Shown here: positions 10,325 through 20,307 of the stretch, in pieces
Position numbering within the stretch: position 1 is the stretch's first letter
Layout of the letters: the number at the start of each line of letters is the position of its first letter
Assembly (NCBI GenBank): GCA_963710605.1
Contig: CAVQBA010000007.1
Location: 480,001 to 544,000 of the forward strand
DNA: 64,000 nt
Direction of reading: 5' to 3'
Source of the DNA: an uncultured cyanobacterium
GTDB taxonomy: Bacteria; Cyanobacteriota; Cyanobacteriia; Cyanobacteriales; Cyanobacteriaceae
Made by a program: the position numbers and the translations under genes
Notes under the pieces: generated by a model
The model's database searches: none
Told to the model about the DNA's origin: nothing
Seen by the model: only the letters and a program-made list of their open reading frames with translations

Positions 10325-12772
10325 TTATTTGAGATTTTCAACTAACCAATAATCATTATATTTTTGGCTAAAAATAGAGATAGCTTCATCAGTGTTTACT
10401 TCTAAATCTGCTTGATTAATATCGACAATCATTTGATACAGTAGTTCAAAAAGAACACGCTCGTCACGATCGCTGATGATAAAATTACCATTATCAAGAT
10501 AGTTTAACTTTTTAATTTCTTGTCTTCCTACCTTTCCTGAAACTTCTCCTTCTCGATCGTCTCTGAGTAGATAAAATTTGGTTTTAGGGTAAGATAAAGC
10601 TAGTTGATTGAAATTTTTAATTCTGGAAGTAAAAGCTGAGCCTCCAATATTTAAAAATCCAACCACAAATTCAAGGTCATTTTTAGTTATAAGTAGATGA
10701 GGAGGTAATATTTTTTTACCTAATGCTAACTGATCTTTTTCAATAGAGGAATTGTCAATTTCAAATCCTTCAATGATAGTAACTAATTTGCCATAGTCAT
10801 CATCATCAGTAATAATATGGGGGTTATGATAGTTTTTGTCTAGTTGTTTTTGGTTGACTTGTAGATAATCATCAATGATGTTAGTATATGCGTCATCAAT
10901 CTGAGGAGAAACTGTTTGTTTTTCTTCTGGGAAGGAATTATCTTGAGTTATATTTTCAACTAAAGGAGTACAAATATTAATAATCTGTTGAAGTGCATTT
11001 TCTAATTTGCCTACTCTTTGCTCAATATCAAGAGTATTTTTCGGTTTGTATTCTTGAGGTAAAGCAATCTCGCAAACACGATAACGATAATAGTCAGATG
11101 CTTTATTAATTACTTTCCTGATTGACGATTGAGACAAAATAACTTTTAAATCATCATCAGTAAATAATTGGTTTAAATCACAACCTTTTTGTTGACATTT
11201 TAATTGTAATATTTGTGTTAATTCTTCTATTGAAGGGGTTTGAAGAGTAATTTGATTTAATGATAATCGATCGGTGACAGAATTATCCCAATAATTGCGG
11301 AAATGTTGCCAACGATCGGGAAAAAGATTGACTATAATCAAACTATTAGGTACAACAGTGATAATTTCTCTTACAGCATTACCAAAACTTTCGAGAATAG
11401 CTGGACGATTAATCAATGACTCTAACTGATCAAAAACAATAATTAATGGCTCATCTAAAGTAGATAACTGAGCAAATAAACGAATCGCTTCTAAGGCGAA
11501 ATCTTCCTTACTTAAATTGTCTTCTTGCCAATTGTTTAAACCTATTTCTTTAATGATAGGATCATCTGAGACTATTCCGGCTAACCATCTTCTTACTTTA
11601 TCTTTATAGTTAATACCTCTTGTTACATCATCCTTGTAACGACAGAATTTCAAAATCCCTTGAAGTATGTAAGGGCTGTAACCTCCTGTAGAATAGTTAC
11701 TTTCCCACCATTTTATTACTTTACTTTCAATATATTTCCAATTATCGGTATGTTTTGGACTACCTTGTTTTCCTAAACGTTTGTAAAGGATTAAGTTATC
11801 ATTTTCCAGTGCTTTGATGATACCACTTAATTTTTCAGTTTGCTCCTTTACTTGGATTAGTTTTAAAATACGGGTAAATGTACGGGCTAAGAGTAAATCT
11901 AATTGAGTAGTTTGGCTATCAGTCGGCTCAATTTTTTGGGCAAAAGATTCTAAAATACGTGAATAAATATGGTGCATCACCGATTCGGCGTTATTTGGTT
12001 GACGCACATACAACACACGATTAGTTTTTAAAGTTGCTTCGGTTAAACGCATCATTAAATGAGTCTTGCCATTTCCTGCTTCTGCAAGCACAACTGCGGC
12101 TTTACTTTGTTTTTCGATCGATGTATCACTTTTAATCTCTTCTATCAATAACTGAAGATGTTTAAATTGCTTTTGATAAGTAATCGGAAAATCCAAATGT
12201 TTTTGAAAAGGATTATCTACACGATTAGTGCTAAAAGGATTGGTAATAGAAGTGTTAATCACCATCGGCTTATTATTTGAATGAGCAGTTTTTGAGATAA
12301 GGTTTTGATACAATTTTAAAGTAAATTGAGCATCGTAATAAGCACTATGAGCTTTTTGTCTTTCAAAGAGGCGATGGTTAACTTTGAGGAATAATTTATG
12401 AGCCAGATTTTCTAAACTATAACTAGGTAATCGAAAATATTTTTGTTGTGCTAATTTTATTGTACAAACAAATTTTATCGGCGGAAAAGGTTGATGGCAT
12501 TTTTGAAAACTATTGCGAAGTATCTTAGCATCGTGTTGAGCGTTATGACAAACAACTATTTGATTGGCTAGAAGTTTGCTTAAATCTTTGATTATTTCGT
12601 CTAAGGGTTTGCTTTTAAGTTTAGGATTCTTTTTATTGTTTTGATAAATAAATGCTTCATAAATCAATTTTTCTTGATCATTAACGATCGCTATTTCTGT
12701 TAACGTATGACTTCCTTCTGTATCTAAAATCAAAATTATTTTTGAGTCAGTTTTTGTTTTTGAAAATGACAT
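10325..12772 (-). CDS. DEDDh 3'-5' exonuclease fused to a P-loop/AAA-type ATPase
   Basis: N-terminal LDTEG, HNAQHD, HSAYYDA; central AEAGNGKTHL (Walker A) and IIVFDQLE (Walker B). Confidence 0.8.
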   Translation of the reverse strand: MSFSKTKTDSKIILILDTEGSHTLTEIAIVNDQEKLIYEAFIYQNNKKNPKLKSKPLDEIIKDLSKLLANQIVVCHNAQHDAKILRNSFQKCHQPFPPIKFVCTIKLAQQKYFRLPSYSLENLAHKLFLKVNHRLFERQKAHSAYYDAQFTLKLYQNLISKTAHSNNKPMVINTSITNPFSTNRVDNPFQKHLDFPITYQKQFKHLQLLIEEIKSDTSIEKQSKAAVVLAEAGNGKTHLMMRLTEATLKTNRVLYVRQPNNAESVMHHIYSRILESFAQKIEPTDSQTTQLDLLLARTFTRILKLIQVKEQTEKLSGIIKALENDNLILYKRLGKQGSPKHTDNWKYIESKVIKWWESNYSTGGYSPYILQGILKFCRYKDDVTRGINYKDKVRRWLAGIVSDDPIIKEIGLNNWQEDNLSKEDFALEAIRLFAQLSTLDEPLIIVFDQLESLINRPAILESFGNAVREIITVVPNSLIIVNLFPDRWQHFRNYWDNSVTDRLSLNQITLQTPSIEELTQILQLKCQQKGCDLNQLFTDDDLKVILSQSSIRKVINKASDYYRYRVCEIALPQEYKPKNTLDIEQRVGKLENALQQIINICTPLVENITQDNSFPEEKQTVSPQIDDAYTNIIDDYLQVNQKQLDKNYHNPHIITDDDDYGKLVTIIEGFEIDNSSIEKDQLALGKKILPPHLLITKNDLEFVVGFLNIGGSAFTSRIKNFNQLALSYPKTKFYLLRDDREGEVSGKVGRQEIKKLNYLDNGNFIISDRDERVLFELLYQMIVDINQADLEVNTDEAISIFSQKYNDYWLVENLK

Positions 12773-12965
12773 ACTAAGCTAAAGTGAACTGTTGTGTTGT
12801 TATCAAAATTATTTGTGAAAATCTTATCTCATTTAATATTTCAACAACTGTAGTATTTATTATATTAAAAAAAATTTATTTAAATACTTTTTCTGGGAAA
12901 ACAAATTTTTTTTGCCTTCTGAATTTTTGTTAGTGATTGTTTACTATTGGAGTTGATTATTTATC

Positions 12966-13586
12966 ATGTCGTCATTTATCGGACATAGCTTGATCGGTTC
13001 GACTATATTTGTAGCTAGTAAAAACGATCGAAATCACCGTCTTTTGACCCCTTACTCTTACAGTAATTTAATTTGGTTAGGCTGGTTCATTGTTGTTGCG
13101 AATACACCAGACTTAGACTATATAATCCCTTTTTTACATCCTAGTTCAAACGATGGATTAAGAATAACTCATTCGCTTTTATTTAGTTTAATTTTACCCT
13201 TATCTACATTTGTTTACTTACAATTTAATCTTCAACATAAACAAAAATGGATTAAATATATTATTCCTTTAATATTTGCTGGTTTATCTCATCTGGTATT
13301 AGACTTGTTAGTGGGAGTTACACCCTTACCCTTACTTTTTCCTTTTACTGAAAATACATTTAAGTTACCCTTTGGTATTCTTCCGAGTGCGGGCAAAATA
13401 GATTTATCAAATTACTATTTTTATCATAATTTGGGTATTGAATTAGGAGTAATAATCCCATTGATTTGTATCTTGTTATTAACTAAAAAACAACCAAAAA
13501 TCGATCGTCAAAAATTAATTATCCTAGCTTTATTGTTCTTCATCTCAGTAATATGTATGTATTTAGCATTAAATCTAACCCGATAA
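12966..13586 (+). CDS. Membrane-bound metal-dependent hydrolase (YdjM/LexA-binding-like)
   Basis: GHSL, PDLD, THSL and SHLVLD motifs with TM segments. Confidence 0.8.
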   Translation: MSSFIGHSLIGSTIFVASKNDRNHRLLTPYSYSNLIWLGWFIVVANTPDLDYIIPFLHPSSNDGLRITHSLLFSLILPLSTFVYLQFNLQHKQKWIKYIIPLIFAGLSHLVLDLLVGVTPLPLLFPFTENTFKLPFGILPSAGKIDLSNYYFYHNLGIELGVIIPLICILLLTKKQPKIDRQKLIILALLFFISVICMYLALNLTR

Positions 13587-13670
13587 CAATGAACAATGAA
13601 TAATGAATAATGAATAATGAATAATTATCAACTGTTAACTTTTAACTGTTAACTATTAACTATTAACTAT
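13586..13670 (+). repeat. Heptamer repeats (AATGAAT)n and (TTAACTA/G)n
   Basis: Direct reading. Confidence 0.75.
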
Positions 13671-13674
13671 TGCC

Positions 13675-15033
13675 GTGTTCACAACTACTCGTAGGCGTTT
13701 AGCTATTTGGTACACTACCGTTACCGCTATTTTATTAATTATCTTCGCCACAGGAATTTATGCTTATGTATATAAAACCTTAATCGATCGAATTGATGAT
13801 ACTTTAAAACACGTGATTGAAATAGTTGAACCTTCTTTAGTCATCGAAAAAGTAGGCGTATCGCAGGGTAGATATAAAGTAAATTTAGATGCGAGTTTTT
13901 ATCAACATCCTCATACCACCAATCAAGTAGAAGATGATCATATTGATCTAGAATGGTTTAGCCCTAATGGTAAATTGTTGTGGCAAACATCAGAGCAAAT
14001 ATTACCCGTTGAGTTATCATTTAATTCTGGTGGTGATACTATTCGTATTTCTGATGATTATTTATTAAGACAAATAACAAAAAGAATCCAAAAAGGTCGA
14101 TATGTATTAGGTTATCTTCGGGTTAGTCATCCTCTATTTGATGTTATCAAACCAATTCGTCAATTAATAGTTGATTTGAGTATTGCCATTATTTTGTTAG
14201 TGATGGCGGTAGGAAGTATCGGTTGGTTTTTGTCAGGGATTGCGATTCGACCTGTTAAAGAATCTTACCAAAGTTTAAAGCAATTTACCGCAGATGCTTC
14301 TCATGAGTTACGTAATCCGATTGCGACAATCAAAATTAATATTGAAAGTTTATTGGCTTATCCACAACTAGATTTAAAGATTCAGCAACAACAATTTAAA
14401 ATTATCAATCGTCTAACTGATAGGCTGAATAGTTTGGTCAATGATTTATTGTTTTTAGCTCGTAATGATAGTGGTATTATCAATCATGATTTTCAACCGA
14501 TTCCTTTAGATGCTTTGTTGTTAGAGGTAGTTGAAGAGCAAAAAATTATTGCCGTTGAAAACAATGTCGATTTGGTTTTGATTATTAATGAGGAAGATAA
14601 TTTAACCACTGATATAGAAGACGATTTATATCTTGTTGATGGAGATTGGTTACAAATAAATCGTGTTTTTACCAATCTAATTAGTAATGCTATTTTACAC
14701 GGTCAAATAACAGGTGAAGATTCATCTAAACTAATTGTTAACGTCGTTTTGAAGACTGTGATCAAAAAACCACATAAAATTTTTTATGACATAACGATCG
14801 AGGATAATGGAGTAGGAATCTGTGAAAATGTTTTACCTCATTTATTCGATCGATTTTATCGGGGGGATAATGCACGGACTTACCAAGATAATAATTCTAG
14901 CACGGGTTTAGGTTTAGCGATCGTCAAAACGATCGTTGACAATCATCAAGGCAAAATCACAGTTGAAAGTAAACTCAACCAAGGTACAAAATTTATCGTT
15001 AGTTTACCCCAATCGGTAATGAGTAATAAGTAA
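13675..15033 (+). CDS. Two-component sensor histidine kinase (ManS/RppB-like)
   Basis: Two TM helices, FTADASHELRNP H-box, NLISNA N-box, DNGVG, FYRGD, TGLGLAIV. Confidence 0.9.
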   Translation: MFTTTRRRLAIWYTTVTAILLIIFATGIYAYVYKTLIDRIDDTLKHVIEIVEPSLVIEKVGVSQGRYKVNLDASFYQHPHTTNQVEDDHIDLEWFSPNGKLLWQTSEQILPVELSFNSGGDTIRISDDYLLRQITKRIQKGRYVLGYLRVSHPLFDVIKPIRQLIVDLSIAIILLVMAVGSIGWFLSGIAIRPVKESYQSLKQFTADASHELRNPIATIKINIESLLAYPQLDLKIQQQQFKIINRLTDRLNSLVNDLLFLARNDSGIINHDFQPIPLDALLLEVVEEQKIIAVENNVDLVLIINEEDNLTTDIEDDLYLVDGDWLQINRVFTNLISNAILHGQITGEDSSKLIVNVVLKTVIKKPHKIFYDITIEDNGVGICENVLPHLFDRFYRGDNARTYQDNNSSTGLGLAIVKTIVDNHQGKITVESKLNQGTKFIVSLPQSVMSNK

Positions 15034-15080
15034 TGAGTAATAAGTAAGAAGTAATAAGTAAGAAGTAAGAAGTAATGAGT
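15017..15080 (+). repeat. Heptamer repeat (AGTAATA/AGTAAGA/AGTAATG)n overlapping the kinase stop codon
   Basis: Direct reading; reverse complement of the TTACT.. family. Confidence 0.8.
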
Positions 15081-15329
15081 TATAGTCGTTTAAAATAACG
15101 ATGAAACAATTTTTGGGTTTGATTTGAGTTTAATTTATTAAACGGTATCTATTAGCCTTGTCAATTTATTGCAAGGCGGGTTTGAAGATTACATTTTCAC
15201 TATTATTTATACTGTCTTAAAGTTAATTTTAACAACTATATAAAGTATAAATAGATTCCCCTAAATCCCCCGAGTCCACGGGGGACTTGCAAATATAAAC
15301 CGTACCTGATAAATGTGAGATACGCTGTA

Positions 15330-17012
15330 TTAATTGTCAATTATTTCGTTGTTAATTCTTTCCCTCCACCATCGATCGTTTTTAACTAAAGTATGAGATT
15401 GCCAATCATCATCCACATGAGGATAATCAAGACGATAATGCCCTCCTCTGCTTTCGGTACGAAATTTGGCACTTTCTAGAATTAAGTAGCCGATATCAAG
15501 TAAATTTAACGTCTCTGCGGTTAATTTGAGTTGTTGCTCGATCGTTGGCGTTTTTAGTTGATAATTATCATTAGGCGATATATCTAAAATTAGTTTGACG
15601 ATCGATAATTGCTTAATTTGTTCACGCCATTGTTTAAACTGAGTAATTGCTTTTTGTAAACCTACTTCTGTACGACAGATACCCGCACCTTCCCACATCA
15701 CTACAGGTAGTTGTTGTCTAATCTGATTAACTACTGTCATCTCCTTGTCAAAATCTGTATCAATCAATTTATCTTCGGTTTTAATTGATGGTATTTCACT
15801 CAATGTAGGTAAAGACAAGTTACGAAAACTTTCACCAAAAACAATACATTCTAACAACGAATTACTCGCTAAACGATTAGCACCATGTACTCCTGTATTC
15901 GATGTTTCACCAATAGCGTACAAACCTGTAATCGAAGTTTGGTTATCTATATTAACTGCTATACCTCCCATCCAATAATGTGCGGCAGGAGAGACAGGTA
16001 TCGGTTGAGCAAATAAATCAACTCCCCATTGCTGACATTTTTTGATGATATTGGGAAAACGATATTTAATTCGATCACGATCGATCGCCCTTAAATCAAG
16101 ATATACTTTACCATCAGCGGGGTCATCACTAGTTTCTTGCAAATGACTATAAATCGCCCTACTGACTATATCACGAGGAGCAAGTTCACCTTGAGGATGA
16201 TAATCAAAAGCAAAACGTTTACCTTCCTCATCAATCAAATAAGCCCCTTCTCCACGCACAGCTTCACTAATTAAAAAACGAGGTGCATCAGCTACATTCA
16301 AAGCAGTAGGATGAAATTGAACAAATTCCAAATCTCTCAAAACAACTCCACTACGCCACCCTAAAGCGACTCCATCCCCTGTACTAACAGCAGGATTGGT
16401 TGTATGTGCAAAAACTTGTCCGCCTCCTCCTGTCGCTAAAATAACCGCCGAAGAGAACAACCATTTTATTTTTTGGTTATGTAGTAAGCATATACCCTGA
16501 CATTTATTTTGGCTTTCATCCATCCACAAATTTAAGGCATAAGCTTGTTCATAAACTTGAATATGTTCGCTTTTTAGTAATTGTTGTCGTAAGATAGAAA
16601 CGATCGCTCTTCCTGTTGTATCAGCGGCGTGAAGCACCCTAGGGAAAGAATGAGCGGCTTCTAATGTCATGGCTAATTGCCCATTATCTCGATCGAAATC
16701 TACCCCCATTTGAATTAAAGATTTAATCGACTCAGTAGCGTTTTCAACTAAATATTTAACAGCAGTAGGGTTACACAAACCAGCACCAGCTTTAATTGTG
16801 TCTTGTAAATGCGAAGCAGGAGAATCATTTTCATTAACCGCCGCCGCTATTCCTCCTTGCGCCCAATCACTTGCACCCCTTTTGAGTTTGTCTTTGGTAA
16901 TGACAGCAATTTGCAAATTAGTCGGTAAGGATAAAGCCGCATATAAACCAGCCGCACCTGAGCCAACTATAATAACATCAAAATTTACAACAGAAAAAGA
17001 TCGATCGTTCAA
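15330..17012 (-). CDS. nadB: L-aspartate oxidase
   Basis: GSGAAGL, SDWAQGGIAA, EAAHSFPRVLH, QFHPT, GVHGANRLASNSLLEC, ESRGGH. Confidence 0.95.
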   Translation of the reverse strand: MNDRSFSVVNFDVIIVGSGAAGLYAALSLPTNLQIAVITKDKLKRGASDWAQGGIAAAVNENDSPASHLQDTIKAGAGLCNPTAVKYLVENATESIKSLIQMGVDFDRDNGQLAMTLEAAHSFPRVLHAADTTGRAIVSILRQQLLKSEHIQVYEQAYALNLWMDESQNKCQGICLLHNQKIKWLFSSAVILATGGGGQVFAHTTNPAVSTGDGVALGWRSGVVLRDLEFVQFHPTALNVADAPRFLISEAVRGEGAYLIDEEGKRFAFDYHPQGELAPRDIVSRAIYSHLQETSDDPADGKVYLDLRAIDRDRIKYRFPNIIKKCQQWGVDLFAQPIPVSPAAHYWMGGIAVNIDNQTSITGLYAIGETSNTGVHGANRLASNSLLECIVFGESFRNLSLPTLSEIPSIKTEDKLIDTDFDKEMTVVNQIRQQLPVVMWEGAGICRTEVGLQKAITQFKQWREQIKQLSIVKLILDISPNDNYQLKTPTIEQQLKLTAETLNLLDIGYLILESAKFRTESRGGHYRLDYPHVDDDWQSHTLVKNDRWWRERINNEIIDN

Positions 17013-17155
17013 AATGTTGTTTACACTATCATTAATAGCGTTTTTTTATACTTTTGCTCATTTTACCTAATCTTAAACATTTTAAGCAATCGATCGATAA
17101 TTAATAATTAATACAGCGTTTCCCATCTTTATGAAGTATATTTCTAATTTACAAG

Positions 17156-17186
17156 TCCCCCTTACAAAGGGGGATTTAGGGGGATT
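17156..17186. repeat. REP-like GC-rich palindrome (CCCCCTT..AAGGGGGATTTAGGGGGAT family)
   Basis: Related copies near 15257, 17994, 31800, 41081, 59454 and 61380. Confidence 0.75.
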
Positions 17187-17353
17187 AATCTGTATCTTAT
17201 GAAACTGAGAATTGCTATAACTAACAATTGATAATCTTCTTACCGAAAGTAAACCTATAAATGAAGGGTAGCTTGTCTGTAGTTTTTATCTCAAACATAT
17301 TAAAAAAAGGCATTAATGAATTAATTTTTCACTAATACCTTTTTTGTTGATTA

Positions 17354-17740
17354 TGGAGCTGAGCAGAGTTGAACTGCTGTCCAAACCAGCTATTTACTTA
17401 TCGATCGTTCACAGGTTTAGCCTATCTAATCCTCAGGCGGGAACTATCACTTATCCCTGACAGTGGGATTTTCTCGTATTATCTTAATTTAAAAACTGAC
17501 AAGAAGCAGTCGTTAAAAGCATCCGTTATTTATTGCCTATAGTACTTAACGGAGTCACACTATAAGCGCTCGAACCAATTTTTTAGGTCTTAGGCTGCTA
17601 CTGGAGCTGCTTTACGAGCAAAAGGAACTATGTTGTTCGCAGTTACAATTTTTTTGAATCTTTGATTAATGAGAGGAGATTCACTCTCAACCTGTATCAC
17701 GGGTCAGCTTTCACAAGCCTGTCGAAACCTTTACAGCCCC
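17354..17740 (-). ncRNA. ssrA: tmRNA
   Basis: 5' GGGGCTGTAAAGGTTTCGAC, 3' GTTCAACTCTGCTCAGCTCCA; tag ORF (A)NNIVPFARKAAPVAA* at 17590-17640. Confidence 0.97.
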
Positions 17741-17844
17741 TTGTTTTCCCTTTCGGTATTTACCATCATAACTTATAATTTATTAGTTGACAACCCCCAA
17801 TCATGAGTAAGGAGTAAGGAGTAACAAGTAATGAGTAAGAAGTT

Positions 17845-19356
17845 TTAATTGTCCATTGTCAATTGTCGATCGTTCACTGCTGGATGTGCCTCCAATACAA
17901 ACTCGATCGGCTGAAGCCGGCGCTGCGCGATCGTCGAAGTGGGCTGTGCCGTAAGGAGATTTGAGGGGAATTGCCCGTCGAGATAAGTAGAAGAATCCCC
18001 CCTAGCCCCCCTTTGTAAGGGGGGAACAAGATCGTGGTCGTGGTTGTCAGTATGAGGTATCAGGGTATGATAAGTGTCTGTTTTTGTATTTTGAATTGCA
18101 TTGAGTATTAAGACGTTGATATCGGAAGGAAGTTTACGGATACCAGGGGCTATATGGTTCTTTAATAAGTCATAGGGGTGAGCTTGTTGGTCTAAATGTG
18201 AACCATCGTCCGAGAGGAAGGCAGTAAAGTTATCACCGACAAAGGTACGTCTGCCATTTTGATAACGAACATTTTTATCGAATTCTGAATAACCGTTGAT
18301 GAAGCCATAAAGGTGGGCAGTTTCATGGAGGATGGTGGTAAGCAGATCGTATTTACCATAGGCTTCTGAGTCAGGAGTTGCCAAAAATGCGAACTCCGAA
18401 TTCCGAATTGCGAACTCCAAATTCTCCATAGGAGTAGCGTCGATAAACCAGCCAACACCGTTAGCATCGTGGTCAATGGAGACGATACCAGCATTGGGTT
18501 TACCCTCTGAGTCAAAACCTGTGATAGTGGCTTCTGCTAGTTGTCCAGAGGGAAGATCTTTTATTTCATAGGTGATGTCGATGTTGGTTTGAGGTAAAAG
18601 GGTTGACCAGATATGGTTTACGCTATTATTGAGTTGGTTAATAGTTTGGAGATTTGAATTATGGATATCACTGCTGAGGAGTTGCTCAGAAGGTATAATG
18701 CTGGAGAAAGGGATTTCACTAATATATGTTTGCGTAGAATCAATCTTATCGATGTTGATTTGAGTGAGATTAATTTGAGTGGTGCTAGATTGGATAATAC
18801 TTGTTTGACCAGAGTAAATCTCGACCGATCTATTTTTGTTAATGTCTTTTTGGAAACCACTTTCTTTGATGAAGTTAGTTTGGAGAGAGCTAATTTGAGC
18901 GGGGTCAATTTGTACGGTTCTAGAATGAGACGGGTTAATCTCAAAAGGAGTAACTTGGAAAATATTATCTGGTATGAATCTTGGCTGGAAGATGTCGATC
19001 TTCGAGAGTCCAATCTGCGTGGTGCTGACATGGGAGAGATTTATCTTGTTGATTGCAACTTTCTTGGAGCTAGGATGGAGGAAATATCCTTTCTGCCTAT
19101 GAGAGAGAGAGTTATCATGCCAGACGGAACTATCATAACTGATGATTGGATTTTTACTAGTTAAATTCTCACCATACTGTGCATTTGTTTCTATTATTGA
19201 AAAATCGGCTAGAAGGTTAGAAGTCAATGGGGAACAAGAGACATGATTTTCATCTTCAATGATATTTTGAATTTCTTTTGGAAGATGAGAAAAGAAATTG
19301 TTACTTGTTAATTCTTCTAAATAGAGCTCGCTTGTAGGGTGCGTTCTATTAAACCG
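17845..19356 (-). CDS. Fragment of a large secreted-type protein: antisense pentapeptide-like variable region followed by an HExxH metallopeptidase-like domain (probably truncated)
   Basis: Frame open from 19356 to 17845 (ORF track start is TTG at 19227); DLPSGQLAEATITGFD...IDHDANGVGWFIDATP...YDLLTTILHETAHLYG. Confidence 0.65.
   Translation of the reverse strand, partial: RFNRTHPTSELYLEELTSNNFFSHLPKEIQNIIEDENHVSCSPLTSNLLADFSIIETNAQYGENLTSKNPIISYDSSVWHDNSLSHRQKGYFLHPSSKKVAINKINLSHVSTTQIGLSKIDIFQPRFIPDNIFQVTPFEINPSHSRTVQIDPAQISSLQTNFIKESGFQKDINKNRSVEIYSGQTSIIQSSTTQINLTQINIDKIDSTQTYISEIPFSSIIPSEQLLSSDIHNSNLQTINQLNNSVNHIWSTLLPQTNIDITYEIKDLPSGQLAEATITGFDSEGKPNAGIVSIDHDANGVGWFIDATPMENLEFAIRNSEFAFLATPDSEAYGKYDLLTTILHETAHLYGFINGYSEFDKNVRYQNGRRTFVGDNFTAFLSDDGSHLDQQAHPYDLLKNHIAPGIRKLPSDINVLILNAIQNTKTDTYHTLIPHTDNHDHDLVPPLQRGARGDSSTYLDGQFPSNLLTAQPTSTIAQRRLQPIEFVLEAHPAVNDRQLTMDN
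17904..17933. repeat. 24-nt insertion flanked by duplicated CGATCG (same family as the folC copy)
   Basis: Reverse complement CGATCG-CGCAGCGCCGGCTTCAGC-CGATCG. Confidence 0.7.
18661..19164 (+). CDS. Pentapeptide-repeat protein, copy 1 (nested antisense in the ORF at 17845-19356)
   Basis: ITAEELLRRYNAGERDF N-cap, INLSGARLD/ANLSGVNLY/SNLRGADM repeats, IMPDGTI C-terminal motif. Confidence 0.88.
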   Translation: MDITAEELLRRYNAGERDFTNICLRRINLIDVDLSEINLSGARLDNTCLTRVNLDRSIFVNVFLETTFFDEVSLERANLSGVNLYGSRMRRVNLKRSNLENIIWYESWLEDVDLRESNLRGADMGEIYLVDCNFLGARMEEISFLPMRERVIMPDGTIITDDWIFTS

Positions 19357-19527
19357 TTACATATTTAAGACCATCCCATATAATATAGAACGCACCACCC
19401 TTATTTATTCATTAACGATTTTTTGAGGTATTTGTGGTATGTTATTTAATTCCCAATCAGACGGATAAATTCCTCGAGCAATAAAGCACTAAGATATACG
19501 ATACATAAAATAAAAGCGAAACCCAAC
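19328..19527. repeat. About 200-bp direct repeat B (second copy 20290-20506) containing a REP-type GTAGGGTGCGTT...AACGCACC element
   Basis: Near-identical over the first ~130 bp and again over the final ACGATACATAAAAT.AAAGCGAAACCCAAC. Confidence 0.85.
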
Positions 19528-20307
19528 TGTATTGGTTATGGAGTATTCATTATTATCTAATGGTGTATCGTCGATAAACCAGCCGACACCGTTAGCATTG
19601 TGGTCAATGGAGACTATACCTGCGTTAGGTTTACCGAAAGAGTCAAACCCTGTGATAGTTGCTTCTGCTAGTTGTCTTGTTGGTAAGTCTTTTATTTCAT
19701 AGGTGATGTCAATGTCGGTTTGAGGTAAGAGGGTTGACCAGATATTGTTTACGCTATTATTTAGTTGGTTAAGTGTTTAGATCTTTTTTGAATTATGCCA
19801 AAAAGAAGGAAAATTACTGCTGATGAATTGATTCGACAATATAATAGGGGGAACAGAGATTTCCGTCGGATTCGTATATGGGATTGGAGAAATGATGTTT
19901 TCAATGGTGTCGATCTTAGGGGTATTAATCTTGAAGATACTTTTATCGATATCAATCTAAGTGGTGCTATTTTGAGAAATGCTAATTTCAAAAATTCTAT
20001 CTGGGTTAGTGGAGACTGGCAAAATATTGATTTTACTGATTCCAATATGATCGGTGTTTCCAATGTGGATAGTTTCATCTTTACCCGTTGCGATTTTAGT
20101 GGAACTGTTTGGAGTAACGTCAAATTTTTTCAGTCTACTTTCGTTGACTGCAATTTGAGCTTCACTGATTTTGATAACGCCAGTCTTGTCGAAGTTGATC
20201 TTTACGGTTGAATTGTTTGTATTAATTAATGTAATATTATTTGCTTGAGATAATTTTAATGGTTGAGCTAATATATTAGTGCGATCGTATCGCTTGTAGG
20301 GTGCGTT
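19528..20307 (-). pseudogene. Second, decayed copy of the metallopeptidase-associated host ORF
   Basis: IWSTLLPQTDIDITYEIKDLPTRQLAEATITGFDSFGKPNAGIVSIDHNANGVGWFIDDTP is nearly identical to copy 1; in-frame stops at 19777-19779 and 19957-19959; truncated before HExxH. Confidence 0.8.
19795..20211 (+). CDS. Pentapeptide-repeat protein, copy 2 (divergent)
   Basis: ITADELIRQYNRGNRDF N-cap; VDLRGINLE/INLSGAILRNANFK repeats. Confidence 0.85.
   Translation: MPKRRKITADELIRQYNRGNRDFRRIRIWDWRNDVFNGVDLRGINLEDTFIDINLSGAILRNANFKNSIWVSGDWQNIDFTDSNMIGVSNVDSFIFTRCDFSGTVWSNVKFFQSTFVDCNLSFTDFDNASLVEVDLYG

Noticed and set aside
18192-20123. Alternative minus-strand ORFs 18192-18515, 18618-19031 and 19761-20123
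   Set aside because: They are out of register with the conserved host frame, have no recognisable motifs, and are by-products of the stop-poor double-coding region.
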